DNA from: an uncultured Acidimicrobiia bacterium
GTDB taxonomy: Bacteria; Actinomycetota; Acidimicrobiia; Acidimicrobiales; AC-14
DNA length: 64,000 nt
Reading direction: 5' to 3'
Assembly: GCA_963836205.1 (NCBI GenBank)
Contig: CAWIIV010000020.1
Location: 96,001 to 160,000 of the forward strand
The notes under the pieces were generated by a model that was not told the origin of the DNA, did not search any database, and saw only the letters and a list, made by a program, of their open reading frames with translations. A program made the position numbers and the translations under genes. Shown one piece after another: positions 52,161 to 61,897 of the stretch (the stretch's first letter is position 1; each line of letters begins with the position of its first letter).

Positions 52161-54059
52161 TCAGGCGATGACGTGCTTGGCCCGGTTCACCAGGTCGGCG
52201 AGGTCGGCCGGCGCCGACTTGCGGAAGGCGCCCTCCACCGCCACCCGGGGCTTGGCCAGCAGGGCCCAGGGGCGCTTCGAGTCCGAGCCTTTGAGGGGGA
52301 GGTGGCCGCCCTCGGCCGAGCCTTCGGCCCGGACCGGGTCGAGCTGGTCGAGGCGGACGCGCCAGACGGCCACCCGGCCGACAGCCGGGTCGAGGGGGCC
52401 GGCGGTGCTGTCGCCCCGGGCACACACGCCGACCAGGCGGGCCGTCGTCACCAGCAGGGTCGACGTCCCCCGGAAGGCGGGGGTGGCGGACCCGTCGTCG
52501 AACATCGCCATCGACACCAGATAGGCGCCCCTCACCTGTTCTCCGGCCTCGAGCACCGGGAACCAGGTGGCGGTGTCGAAGCGAACGCCGAGGTCGGGGG
52601 CGGCCAGAAGCTCCTCGGGTGACGAGACGACCACCTCGATGACCTGGAAGCGGCGGGGGTCGGCACGGCGGCGCTCGGGCGGCCAGAAGCCCGCCGGCGG
52701 CGCCGCCAGCAGCCACCCGGGCGGGGACGCGGTCGGCCTGGTCGCAATTGGTCGCCCCGGCGCACTCCCTGACACCGACGAGGGCGCGGCCAGGCTCGCT
52801 CCGTCCGGGGCCGCCCGGCGGCCGAACACCGGCGGCGGGATGGGGGGCATGGGCACCGAGGGTGCGGACGGCACCGATGTCGGCTGGGAGCTCGGTGCAC
52901 TCTGCCGGATCGAGGGTGGACCTGGCGGCGGCGGGGGCGGGGGCGGAAAGCCCGACGGTGCCGGCTCGGGCGCGAACGGCGGCATGCCCGACGACGAGGG
53001 ATACCTCGACGCCGGTGGGGCCGGGTCGGGCTCGAACGGCGACGGGCTCGACGGCGACGACGGATACCCCAACGCCAGCGGGGCCGGTTCCGGTTCGAAC
53101 GGCGCCAGGCCCGACGGCGACGACGGATACCCCAGCCCCGGAAGGGGCGGGTCGGGCTCGAACCGCGACCGCGACCTCGGCGGCGGCCCCGCCGGCTGGG
53201 GGGCGAAGAAGTCGTCGTCCTCGTCATCCGACGCGTCGACGTCGAGCGAGACGCCGGCGTCGAAGAAGGCTTGGCTCTCCTTGGGCAGCCACAACAGCCC
53301 CACGATCGCCACGGCCATCCCCAGGGGGATGAACAACGGTCCGGTGAGCGAGCCTTCGTTGCCCAGGAGGATGGCCACCACCGCTCCTCCCATGAGCCCC
53401 GACACCTGGGTGCGGGCCGCGGGATCGCCTGTCTGCAGCCGGCGGCGGTCCTTGAGGCACACGACGGCGATCCCGGCCAGGGCCAGGCCGGCGAACCCGT
53501 ACTTCGCCCGCACCGGCATGGCCGGCAGGAAGGCGACGCCGACCGCCAGCATCAGGGCGGCGAGCATGGCCACCAGCGCCCGGGCGGCCGTGATCGGCAC
53601 CGGCACCGACCCCGGCGGGCGGGCGGTGAAGAACTCCCGTGCCCGCGGCGGTACGAGCAGGCCGGCCATCACCGCGATCGAGCACACCATGGTGACCGTC
53701 GCCGACCCGTCGTCGAAGCCGTAGCCCGCCAGGAGACCGAAGGCGAGGCTGCCGCTGACCACCACCGTGACCACCCGCGCCACCGGGTCACCCTGGCTCA
53801 GCCGCCACGCGAGCAGGAAGCAGGCGACCGCGAAGAAGCCCAGCTCGAAGAACAGCACCACCACGAGCGGGCCGAACGAGTCCCACAGCCCCCCGTCGCT
53901 GAGGAGCTTGAACGCATCCGGCAGGTCCTGGAGGACGGGGATACCGGTGAACAACCCCGCCACGCACAGCAGCCCGACGACGGCCACCAGCTCGCGCGGC
54001 AGGTCCACCGGCAGCGAGCGCCGGGGCCGATGCACCTCCACGGGCCGGTTCACCTCCAC
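52161..54059 (-). CDS. Polytopic membrane protein with Pro-rich linker and C-terminal unknown domain
   Basis: About 8 TM helices in two similar halves, FEP...YPSS repeats, C-terminal domain similar to the adjacent gene. Confidence 0.75.
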   Translation of the reverse strand: MEVNRPVEVHRPRRSLPVDLPRELVAVVGLLCVAGLFTGIPVLQDLPDAFKLLSDGGLWDSFGPLVVVLFFELGFFAVACFLLAWRLSQGDPVARVVTVVVSGSLAFGLLAGYGFDDGSATVTMVCSIAVMAGLLVPPRAREFFTARPPGSVPVPITAARALVAMLAALMLAVGVAFLPAMPVRAKYGFAGLALAGIAVVCLKDRRRLQTGDPAARTQVSGLMGGAVVAILLGNEGSLTGPLFIPLGMAVAIVGLLWLPKESQAFFDAGVSLDVDASDDEDDDFFAPQPAGPPPRSRSRFEPDPPLPGLGYPSSPSGLAPFEPEPAPLALGYPSSPSSPSPFEPDPAPPASRYPSSSGMPPFAPEPAPSGFPPPPPPPPGPPSIRQSAPSSQPTSVPSAPSVPMPPIPPPVFGRRAAPDGASLAAPSSVSGSAPGRPIATRPTASPPGWLLAAPPAGFWPPERRRADPRRFQVIEVVVSSPEELLAAPDLGVRFDTATWFPVLEAGEQVRGAYLVSMAMFDDGSATPAFRGTSTLLVTTARLVGVCARGDSTAGPLDPAVGRVAVWRVRLDQLDPVRAEGSAEGGHLPLKGSDSKRPWALLAKPRVAVEGAFRKSAPADLADLVNRAKHVIA

Positions 54060-54066
54060 CGGCGGG

Positions 54067-54681
54067 TCAACTCCACAGGCTCGATCGAGCGTCGGGCCGG
54101 CGGTGGGTGACGGCGTTGAGGGCGGTCGCCAGCTCGTCGGGGGCGACTGGTTGCGGCCGGCCGTCGACCACCCGGTGCACGTTGGCCAGCGTCACCCCGC
54201 CCACCAGCCGGTCGGTCGAACGCACCGCCACCACCGTGGCGCCGCCGGCGTCGACGACCCGGGCCATGTCGACGTGGGCCAGAGGGAAGGACCAGGCCAC
54301 GACCGTCCCCCGTTCGAAGTCGACGAGTCCCGAGACGACGTCGCCTCGGGGGCAGATGCCCACCATCCGGCGGGCGGTGAGGACCACCGTCGACCAGCCC
54401 CGGAAGGCGGGGACCAGTCGGGCGTCGCCGCGGCCCCGGGCCGGTGCCGAGGACGAGTCGAGGCCGATGTGGGCGGTCACCAGGGCGACGAAGCGGCCGC
54501 GGCCGGGCTCGTCGGCGGCGACCAGCGGAAACCACGTCGAGCGGTCGGGTCCGAGCTCGAGGGCAGCCATCGGTCCCTCGGACGGCGGACCGCCGCCCAC
54601 GATGGCGAAGTGAGGGAGGAACTCGGACGACCGGGCGAGCACCCGCAGGACGTCGGCCGGGGTCAGCCCCCCGACGTTCAT
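54067..54681 (-). CDS. Hypothetical protein paralogous to the C-terminus of 52161-54059
   Basis: Shared TWFP...PAFRG.ST...T.R..G.C.RGD motif. Confidence 0.7.
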   Translation of the reverse strand: MNVGGLTPADVLRVLARSSEFLPHFAIVGGGPPSEGPMAALELGPDRSTWFPLVAADEPGRGRFVALVTAHIGLDSSSAPARGRGDARLVPAFRGWSTVVLTARRMVGICPRGDVVSGLVDFERGTVVAWSFPLAHVDMARVVDAGGATVVAVRSTDRLVGGVTLANVHRVVDGRPQPVAPDELATALNAVTHRRPDARSSLWS

Positions 54682-54756
54682 GGACGTGCGTCCAACGCCG
54701 GCATCCGGCGGAGTGTAGAGGTTGCCGCCCCCGCGATCCGGGAGGGGCGTCGGGAG

Positions 54757-55224
54757 CTACGGCAGCTCGGACAGCTTCTCGGCGAGGGGATCGAGCAGGA
54801 CGAAGAGGAATTCGGAGATGGCCACCACCTCGGGCGACGGCGGGACGCCCTCGACGCCGTCGGCATCGTCCTCCATGAGCTGGACCCACGCGTCGAGAAG
54901 GGCCTTGGCCTGCTCGACCGGCATGGCCACGCCGAACAGGGCCTGGTTGCCGACCACCCGGGCCGCACCTCCGCCGCGGGGGATGGTGAGCGACTGCTCG
55001 ACGACCTCGGACACCCGGCCGGCGATACCGACGGGCCGGAAACCGGTGGGCGCGGGGACGGGATCGGGCCGGGTCGGACGACGAGACGCCTCGAGCTGGC
55101 GGGTGACGCCCACGGCCGTGGGATCCGATGCCAGGTCGACCAGAATTCGGGCCTCGGCATCGTCGAGATCGGCCTCGAGGGCTTTGATCTCGTCGGACGC
55201 GGCCAGTTCGCGCCATCCGCTCAT
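54757..55224 (-). CDS. Hypothetical protein
   Basis: GGAGG RBS, ATG 55224; the true stop may be 54678 (ATGA overlap) if indels are present. Confidence 0.6.
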   Translation of the reverse strand: MSGWRELAASDEIKALEADLDDAEARILVDLASDPTAVGVTRQLEASRRPTRPDPVPAPTGFRPVGIAGRVSEVVEQSLTIPRGGGAARVVGNQALFGVAMPVEQAKALLDAWVQLMEDDADGVEGVPPSPEVVAISEFLFVLLDPLAEKLSELP

Positions 55225-55474
55225 TGCGTCCTCCGAAATGCCGGGCGACCGAGGATGCCAGGATCGGTGTCCTGACCTGCGCATCTCTCGACTCGATTCT
55301 CGTCCACGGGCTTCTCGCATCCTCCCGCCGGTTTGGTCAGGGCGGGCCACCCGACCTGGACGACAAAGGAGCTCGGATCCAGAGTCATTTGGCCACTGTT
55401 GTCGGCGTACCCACCGGGAAACCGGCGCTAACCAGCACCGACGCGCTACCGGCAGCGGCCGCCGATCGAGAACC

Positions 55475-56497
55475 TCAACTGGATCCCGTCGACTTCCCCA
55501 CTCCGGGCCTGCTGACCCCGGGGCCGAGGCAGCAGGGGTCGGTGCCCCGGTCGACGCAGGTCTCGCACTCCAGCTCGAAGGTGGCGTGGGTGATGGAGAA
55601 GCGCTCGGCGATGGCCACCTTGGCCGCCTGCGCCACCTCCTGGGCCTCCGCCAGCGACGGCCGGCCGGAGAGGACGAGGTGGGCCGACACCGCCCGCACG
55701 TCGGGCGACAGGCTCCAGGCGTGCACGTCGTGGACGTCGTCGACCGAACCGAGTCCGACGATGGCCTGGATGAGGTCGTCGACGACCAGCCCCGGCGGGG
55801 TGGACTCGAGGAGCATCGACGTGGTCTCCCCCACCAGGCGCAGGGCCTGCACCGCGATGAGGGCGGCGATCACGAGCGACACCGCGGGGTCGAGCCACTG
55901 GTAGCCGCCGGTGACGATGATCACCACCGCGGTGATGGCGACGCTGGCCGAGGTGGCGGCGTCGCCCGTCATGTGGAGGGCGGCCGAGCGCATGTTGAGG
56001 TCGTGGCGGTGGCCGTGGCCGAGCATCCAGGCCGCGGCCCCGTTGACCACCGCCGACACCACCGCGGCTCCGAGCACCCACCCGCCCTCGACGTCGGGCG
56101 GGTGCAGGAGGCCGCGGACCCCGAAGTAGCCGATGAGGGCGGTGACGGCGAGGAGGGCGGCCGCGTTGGCCTGGGCCGCCAGCACCGTCGACCGGTGGAA
56201 GCCGTAGGAGTGGCGGACGGTGGCCGGCCGGCGGGCGAGGCGGACGGCGTAGAGCGACACCGCCACCGCGGCCACGTCGGTGAGGCTGTGGCCGGCGTCG
56301 GCGACCAGGCCAAGAGAGTGGGCCATGACGCCGACCACCGCCTGGGCGACGACGATGGCCAGGTTGAGGACGAGCACGATGAGGAGTCGTCGCTCCCGCA
56401 CCGTCGACCGGGCGTGCGCATGGGCGTGCGGGGAGGGGCCGCCGGGTTCGGCGTGGCCGGCGGGGGCTTCGGGGGGGCCCGCGGGGGTGTCAGCCAC
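55475..56497 (-). CDS. Cation diffusion facilitator (CzcD-like)
   Basis: ADAGHSLTD, HSYGFHR, DLNMRSAALHMTGD, VHDVHAWS. Confidence 0.9.
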   Translation of the reverse strand: MADTPAGPPEAPAGHAEPGGPSPHAHAHARSTVRERRLLIVLVLNLAIVVAQAVVGVMAHSLGLVADAGHSLTDVAAVAVSLYAVRLARRPATVRHSYGFHRSTVLAAQANAAALLAVTALIGYFGVRGLLHPPDVEGGWVLGAAVVSAVVNGAAAWMLGHGHRHDLNMRSAALHMTGDAATSASVAITAVVIIVTGGYQWLDPAVSLVIAALIAVQALRLVGETTSMLLESTPPGLVVDDLIQAIVGLGSVDDVHDVHAWSLSPDVRAVSAHLVLSGRPSLAEAQEVAQAAKVAIAERFSITHATFELECETCVDRGTDPCCLGPGVSRPGVGKSTGSS

Positions 56498-56885
56498 GGT
56501 CGTCGCGCTCGTGTTCGACGGCCACGTCGAGGAGCATTCTCACGTGGCCGTCGGTGAGGGAGTAGTAGGCCCGGCGGCCGGATCGGCGCACCTTCACCAC
56601 CCGGTGGGCCCGCAGCAGGCGTAGGGCGTGGCTGGTGGCCGACTCCCCCAGCCCGGCGGCGGCGGCCAGGTCGCACACGCACAGCTCCCCCGCCTCCAGC
56701 AGGCCGAGGAGGAGGCGCAGGCGGTTCTCGTCGCCGAGCAGGGAGAAGACCTCGGCCACCGACGTGATCGACTCCGGGGCCGGCAGGGCCCGCTGCACGG
56801 CGTCGACCCGCTCGGGGTCGACCATCCGCACCTGGCACTCGTCGAGGTGAAGGGCGTGAGGGGTCGCCGGCTCCATGGACACCAT
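56490..56885 (-). CDS. ArsR/SmtB (CadC-like) metal-sensing repressor
   Basis: ELCVCDLA, SATSHALRLLR, YYSLTDGHV, N-terminal Cys. Confidence 0.9.
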   Translation of the reverse strand: MVSMEPATPHALHLDECQVRMVDPERVDAVQRALPAPESITSVAEVFSLLGDENRLRLLLGLLEAGELCVCDLAAAAGLGESATSHALRLLRAHRVVKVRRSGRRAYYSLTDGHVRMLLDVAVEHERDDRG

Positions 56886-56895
56886 TGTGTCTCTA

Positions 56896-56913
56896 TCTGA
56901 ACATATGCTCAGA
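56896..56913. promoter_or_regulatory. SmtB/CadC-type operator
   Basis: TCTGA-ACATATGC-TCAGA palindrome right after TTGACG on the minus strand. Confidence 0.7.
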
Positions 56914-56928
56914 CGTCAAGAAGGCGGC

Positions 56929-59614
56929 TCAACCGGCGGCGGCGCCGGTGACCTCGACGACGGCCCGCATGCCCAACTGGTAGTGCCCCGGCAGGTGGCA
57001 GCCGATGAGCACCTGGCCCGGCTGGTCGAAACGGTAGACGAGGCTGGCGGTGCGCCCGGGCTCGACCTGCACCGAGGCCGCGCCGTGGGCATGGTTGTCG
57101 GCGCGGCCCGCCCGGTCGGCCTCTCCCTGGACCTCCTCGTCGCCGATGACCGCCTCGTGGACGGCCGCGCCGTCGTTGCGGAACACGAAGCGCACCTCCT
57201 CGCCGGCGGCGACGTCGAGCACCGTGGGCGAGTAGGCGAACTCCGACATGGCCATCTCCACCACCCGGTCGACGGGCCGGGCGTCGTCGTCGCCGCCGGC
57301 TCGGGCCCAGAGTGCCACCGCCACCAGGGCCAGGGCGGGCACGGTCCAGGCCAGGGCGAGTCCCCATCGCCGGTCGCGGGCGGGCGCGGCGGCCGCGTTC
57401 GAGGGCCCCCGACCGAAGCGGTAGAGGCGGAGGCTGTTGGCCACCACCGACACGCTCGACACGCCCATGGCCGCCGCCGCCACCCACGGGTCGAGCAGGC
57501 CGGACGCGGCCAGGGGGATCGCCACCAGGTTGTACCCGAACGCCCACCCCAGGTTCTGGAGGATGGTCGTGTACGTGGCCCGGGCCAGGCGGATGGCGGT
57601 GGCGACCCCGGCCAGGTCGGCCGAGAGCAGGGTGATGGCCGACGTCTCGACGGCCACGTCGGTGCCTGTCCCGATGGCGATGCCGACGTCGGACCGGGCC
57701 AGGGCGGGGGCGTCGTTGACCCCGTCGCCCACCATCGCCACCACCCGTCCCTCGGACTGGAGGCGGGCGATCTCGTCGGCCTTGGCGTGCGGCAGGACCC
57801 CGGCCATGACCCGGGCGATGCCGACATCGGCGGCGATGGCGGCCCCGGTGCGGGCGTTGTCGCCGGTGACCAGGGCCACCTCGACGCCCATGGCCGCGAG
57901 CTCGGCGACGGCGGCCCTGGCGCCCGGGCGGACGGTGTCGGCCAGGGCGAGGAGGCCCCGGGCCTGGCCGTCCCACCCCACGAAGACCACGGTGCGGCCC
58001 TCCGCCTCCAGCCGGTCGGCGACCGCCTCCAACTCGGCCGTCGGGGCGACGAATCGGCGGTTGCCGACCACCACCGACGAGCCGTCGACCTCGGCCCGCA
58101 CGCCCTGGCCGACCACGGACTCGAAGGCGGTGGCGGTCGCGCCTGCGGCGGTGAGGCCGCGGCTGCGGGCGCCGGCCACCACCGCCCGGCCCACGGGGTG
58201 CTCCGACCCGAGCTCGGCCGCCGCTGCCCGGGCCAGGACCACGTCGCCGCCGACCACGTCGGTGACCGACATCTCGCCCACCGTGAGGGTGCCGGTCTTG
58301 TCGAACACGACCGTGTCGACGCCCTTGGAGCGTTCGAGCACCTCGCCGCCCTTGATGAGGACGCCCAGGGCCGCGCCCCGGCCGGTGCCGACCATGATCG
58401 CCATGGGCGTGGCCAGGCCGAGGGCGCACGGGCAGGCGACGATGAGGACGGCGATGGCGGCGAGAAGGCCGTCGAGGGGACGGTCGGCAGCCAGGGTCCA
58501 GACGGCGAAGGTGACGGCGGCCACGGCCAGCACGACCGGGACGAACACCCCCGCCACCCGGTCGGCCAGCCGTTGCACGGGCGCCTTCGACCCCTGGGCC
58601 TCGGCCACCAGGCGCACGATCCGAGCCAGGGCGGTGTCGGTGCCGACCGCGGTGGCCCGCACCGTGAGCACCCCCTGGCGGTTGACGGTGGCGCCCGCGA
58701 CCGAGTCGCCCGGCCCCTTGTCGACCGGCACCGACTCCCCGGTGAGCATCGACTCGTCGACCGCCGACGCGCCGGCGACGACCACCCCGTCCACCGGCAC
58801 CTTCTCCCCCGGGCGGACACGCACCTGGTCGCCTACGCGCACCCGGCCCACGGGCACCCGGTGCTCGCCGTCGGGATGTGCAGGGTCGAGGAGGGACGCC
58901 TCGTGGGCGCCGAGCTCGGCCAGCCCGGCGATGGCCCGAGTGGCCCGACCCTTGGCCCGCGCCTCCAGCCACCGGCCGAGGACGAGGAAGGCCACGATCA
59001 GGGCCGACATGTCGAAGTGGAGGTGGCCGCCGAAGGCGTGGCCGCCACCGTGGGCGTGGCCGGGGTCGGCGAAGAGCAGTCCGGCCACCGACAGGCCGAA
59101 GGCGGACAGGGTGCCGACGGCGACGAGGGTGTCCATGTTGGCCGTCCCCGCTCGGGCCCGCACCACCGCCCCCCGCAGGAAGGGGAACCCGGCCCAGAAC
59201 TGCACCGGCACGGTGAGGAGGGCGGCCGTCCACCGGGCCCAGTCGTCGCTCGGGCGGAAGGTCGACAGGGCCAGCACGACCAGCGTGAGGGGCCAGGCCA
59301 CGACGACCCGGCGCCACCAAACGTCCTGCTCCGACCGCGGCCGGGTGTCCGCCGGGCCCGCCGCTTCCCGGTCCGGACGGCGGGATCGGCAGCAGGCCGT
59401 AACCGATGGCGGCCACCGCCTGGCCCAGGCGCTCGACGTCGACGGTGGCGGGGTCGAAGTCGATCGTGGCCCGGCCGGTGGCGAAGTTCACGCCCGCCCG
59501 CTCGACACCACCCTGCCGGCCGAGGACGCGCTCCACCCGGGCCGCGCACGACCCGCAGGTCATGCCGGTGACGTCGAGCTCGATGTGCATCGGGGCGGGG
59601 GCGGTGGTCGTCAA
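56929..59614 (-). CDS. copA: Cu(I)-transporting P1B ATPase with N-terminal HMA and C-terminal cupredoxin; frameshift near 59345-59385
   Basis: [43 protein letters not shown]; C-terminal H...[11 protein letters not shown]. Confidence 0.88.
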
Positions 59615-59618
59615 CCGG

Positions 59619-59936
59619 TCACCCCTCGGCGGGGACCTCGGCGGGGGCCTCGGCCCGGGCCGGACCGGTGGTGATCCGGTCGAAGCGGAGGGCCTGCATC
59701 AGCTCGTCGACGATCTCGGTGGTGCGGCCCGAACGCATGGCCTCGGCCACGCACGTCTCCAGGTGGTTGCGGAGGATGGTGCGGCTGGCCGCCTCCAACG
59801 ACCCCTGCACCGCCGACAACTGCTTCATCACGTCGACGCAATAGGTGTCGTCCTCGACCATGCGCAGGACGGCGTCGACATGGCCGCGGGCGCTGCGCAG
59901 CCGGTTGACCAGAGCCTTCTTGTCCGCTTCCTTCAT
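59619..59936 (-). CDS. csoR: CsoR-family copper-sensing repressor
   Basis: RLRSARGHV, YCVDVMKQ, NHLETCV. Confidence 0.88.
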   Translation of the reverse strand: MKEADKKALVNRLRSARGHVDAVLRMVEDDTYCVDVMKQLSAVQGSLEAASRTILRNHLETCVAEAMRSGRTTEIVDELMQALRFDRITTGPARAEAPAEVPAEG

Positions 59937-59946
59937 GGTGCTAGGG

Positions 59947-59967
59947 TACCCCACCTGGGGAGGGGTA
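59947..59967. promoter_or_regulatory. CsoR operator
   Basis: TACCCC-N9-GGGGTA between divergent csoR and copZ. Confidence 0.75.
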
Positions 59968-59977
59968 AGCTAGGGAC

Positions 59978-60202
59978 ATGGAGCCGACGACGAAGACGCA
60001 GGTCCGCATCTACTCGGTGCCCGCCATCTCGTGCGGGCACTGCAAATCAGCCATCGAGGCCGGCGTGGCGAAGGTGGCGGGAGTCGACCGGGTGGAGGTC
60101 GACGTCGCCGCCCGTACCGTTCGGGTCGAGGGCGAGGCGTCGGACGAGGCGGTGCGGTCCGCCATCGACGAGGCCGGCTACGACGTGGGCGGCCTCGTCT
60201 GA
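59978..60202 (+). CDS. copZ: Copper chaperone CopZ (HMA)
   Basis: ISCGHC, AIDEAGY. Confidence 0.88.
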   Translation: MEPTTKTQVRIYSVPAISCGHCKSAIEAGVAKVAGVDRVEVDVAARTVRVEGEASDEAVRSAIDEAGYDVGGLV

Positions 60203-60406
60203 GAGGGTCTCGACGCAGCGATAGATCGTACAGGTGGATGTCGGGGAAGTTAGGCCTGGATCTCGGACGTGAGCTCGTCGGCGGTGACATGGCCACCGGA
60301 GCGCAAAGGGGAGCTGATGATCGCCCGCCGGGACGTCGTGACCCGCCCACCACGGTCGCGAAGCATCCCGAGAATCTGCTCGAGGCGCTCGGCATTGGCC
60401 ACTGTC
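60203..60406 (-). pseudogene. Truncated Fur-family regulator (DNA-binding part only)
   Basis: LRDRGGRVTTSRRAII...HVTADEL...FPDIHL / TIYRCVETL across frames, cut at the copZ stop. Confidence 0.7.
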
Positions 60407-60456
60407 ACGCTCGGGGAGCGTACCGGGCCGAGCGACGAACAATTCGCGAACCGTAC

Positions 60457-60486
60457 TTGCACTACGAACACATGTTCGTGTAGAGT
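60457..60486 (+). promoter_or_regulatory. sigmaA promoter with LexA box
   Basis: TTGCAC-N18-TAGAGT enclosing CGAAC-ACAT-GTTCG. Confidence 0.78.
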
Positions 60487-60532
60487 GGGGGTACTTCCCC
60501 CTTGGTCAGGTGCTCGACCGGGGAGTCCGGCG

Positions 60533-61678
60533 ATGGACGTGGTGACTGGGCTGGTGGCGGCGGTCGACGCGCTGTGCGCGGCCGACCCCTCGACGCTGGC
60601 CGACGGCGAGAGCATCGTGGCCCTCGACCGCCAGCGGCAACGGCTGACGGCGGTGCTCACCCGGGCCTCGGCCGCCTTCGACTCGGCAGGTTCGTGGGCC
60701 GACGACGGCGCCCGTTCGGCGGCCAGGTGGATGGCGGCCCGCTGCGCCCTGCCGGTGGGCAGTGCCCGGGAGCGGGTGCATCTCGGTCGTGGGCTACGAC
60801 ACATGGCGCTGGTTGAGCAGGCATGGCTGGCGGGCGACGTCGGCCAGGCCCAGGTCTCGGCGTTGGCGGCGGCTCGCACCGAGGCCACAGCCGACTGTTT
60901 TGCCCGGGACGAGGAGATGTTGGTCTCCCAGGCCAAGGAGCTCAGTCACCGCCACTTCAGCCGGGCCCTGGCCTACTGGGCCCAGCACGCCGATCCCGAC
61001 GGGGCCGAGGACAAGGCCGCCGCCCAACGTGATGCCCGGCGCCTGCACCTGTCGGCCGGCTTCGAGGGGACGTGGGTCCTCGACGGGCTGCTCGACCCCA
61101 TCTCGGGATCGATCGTGGCCGATGCCCTCAAGGCGGTGGAGGAGGAACTCTTCGCCGCCGACTGGGCCGAGGCCAAGGACCGGGTGGGAGATGCGGTGTG
61201 CGCAGCCGACCTGGGCCGCCGCCCGGCCCAGCGCCGGGCCGACGCCCTCGTCGAGCTGGCCCGGCGGGCCCTGGCCATGCCGGCGGGAGCACGCATGCCC
61301 GAGCCGCTGTTCAGCGTCCTCGTCGGCTACGAGACCTTCGCCGGACGCATCTGCGAGCTGGCCGACGGCACCGTGGTCACGCCGGGGTCGCTCGTTTCCT
61401 GGCTCGACCAGGCGTGGGTGGAGCGGGTCGTCTTCGAGGGAGCGGATCGGGTCACCAACGTGGGCGTGCGCCGGCGCATCTTCGCCGGGGCCACCCGCCG
61501 GGCGGTGCAGGTCCGGGACCGGGAGTGCTTCCACGAGACCTGCGAGGCCCCCACCGACGACTGCCAGGTCGACCACGTCCAGCCCTGGGCCATGGGCGGG
61601 CTCACCGTCGACGACAACGGCCGCCTCGCCTGCGCCTTCCACAACCGCCTGCGCCACCAATCACGACCGCCGCCGTGA
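60533..61678 (+). CDS. DUF222 / HNH endonuclease
   Basis: QRRADALVEL; RDRECFHETC...QVDHVQPWAMGGLT..DNGRLACAFHN. Confidence 0.88.
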   Translation: MDVVTGLVAAVDALCAADPSTLADGESIVALDRQRQRLTAVLTRASAAFDSAGSWADDGARSAARWMAARCALPVGSARERVHLGRGLRHMALVEQAWLAGDVGQAQVSALAAARTEATADCFARDEEMLVSQAKELSHRHFSRALAYWAQHADPDGAEDKAAAQRDARRLHLSAGFEGTWVLDGLLDPISGSIVADALKAVEEELFAADWAEAKDRVGDAVCAADLGRRPAQRRADALVELARRALAMPAGARMPEPLFSVLVGYETFAGRICELADGTVVTPGSLVSWLDQAWVERVVFEGADRVTNVGVRRRIFAGATRRAVQVRDRECFHETCEAPTDDCQVDHVQPWAMGGLTVDDNGRLACAFHNRLRHQSRPPP

Positions 61679-61897
61679 AGGCGGGAAGGAGCGGTTCGGG
61701 GATCGCTGAGTGCAGGCGCAACCGTGGACGCAGCGGCGCGGAGCTCGGGTCGGCGAAGGAGCACGCCCACGCGTCTGTGGTCGACGGGTTGGGCGTTCCG
61801 GACTTGGCGGCGGGAACGTAAGCCCGGAACCCCGTCGTTGGTCGCCGGCCGCGGTCGGGCGGCGAGGTTGTCGTTGGGGTTGCGTAGGGTCGACGGG

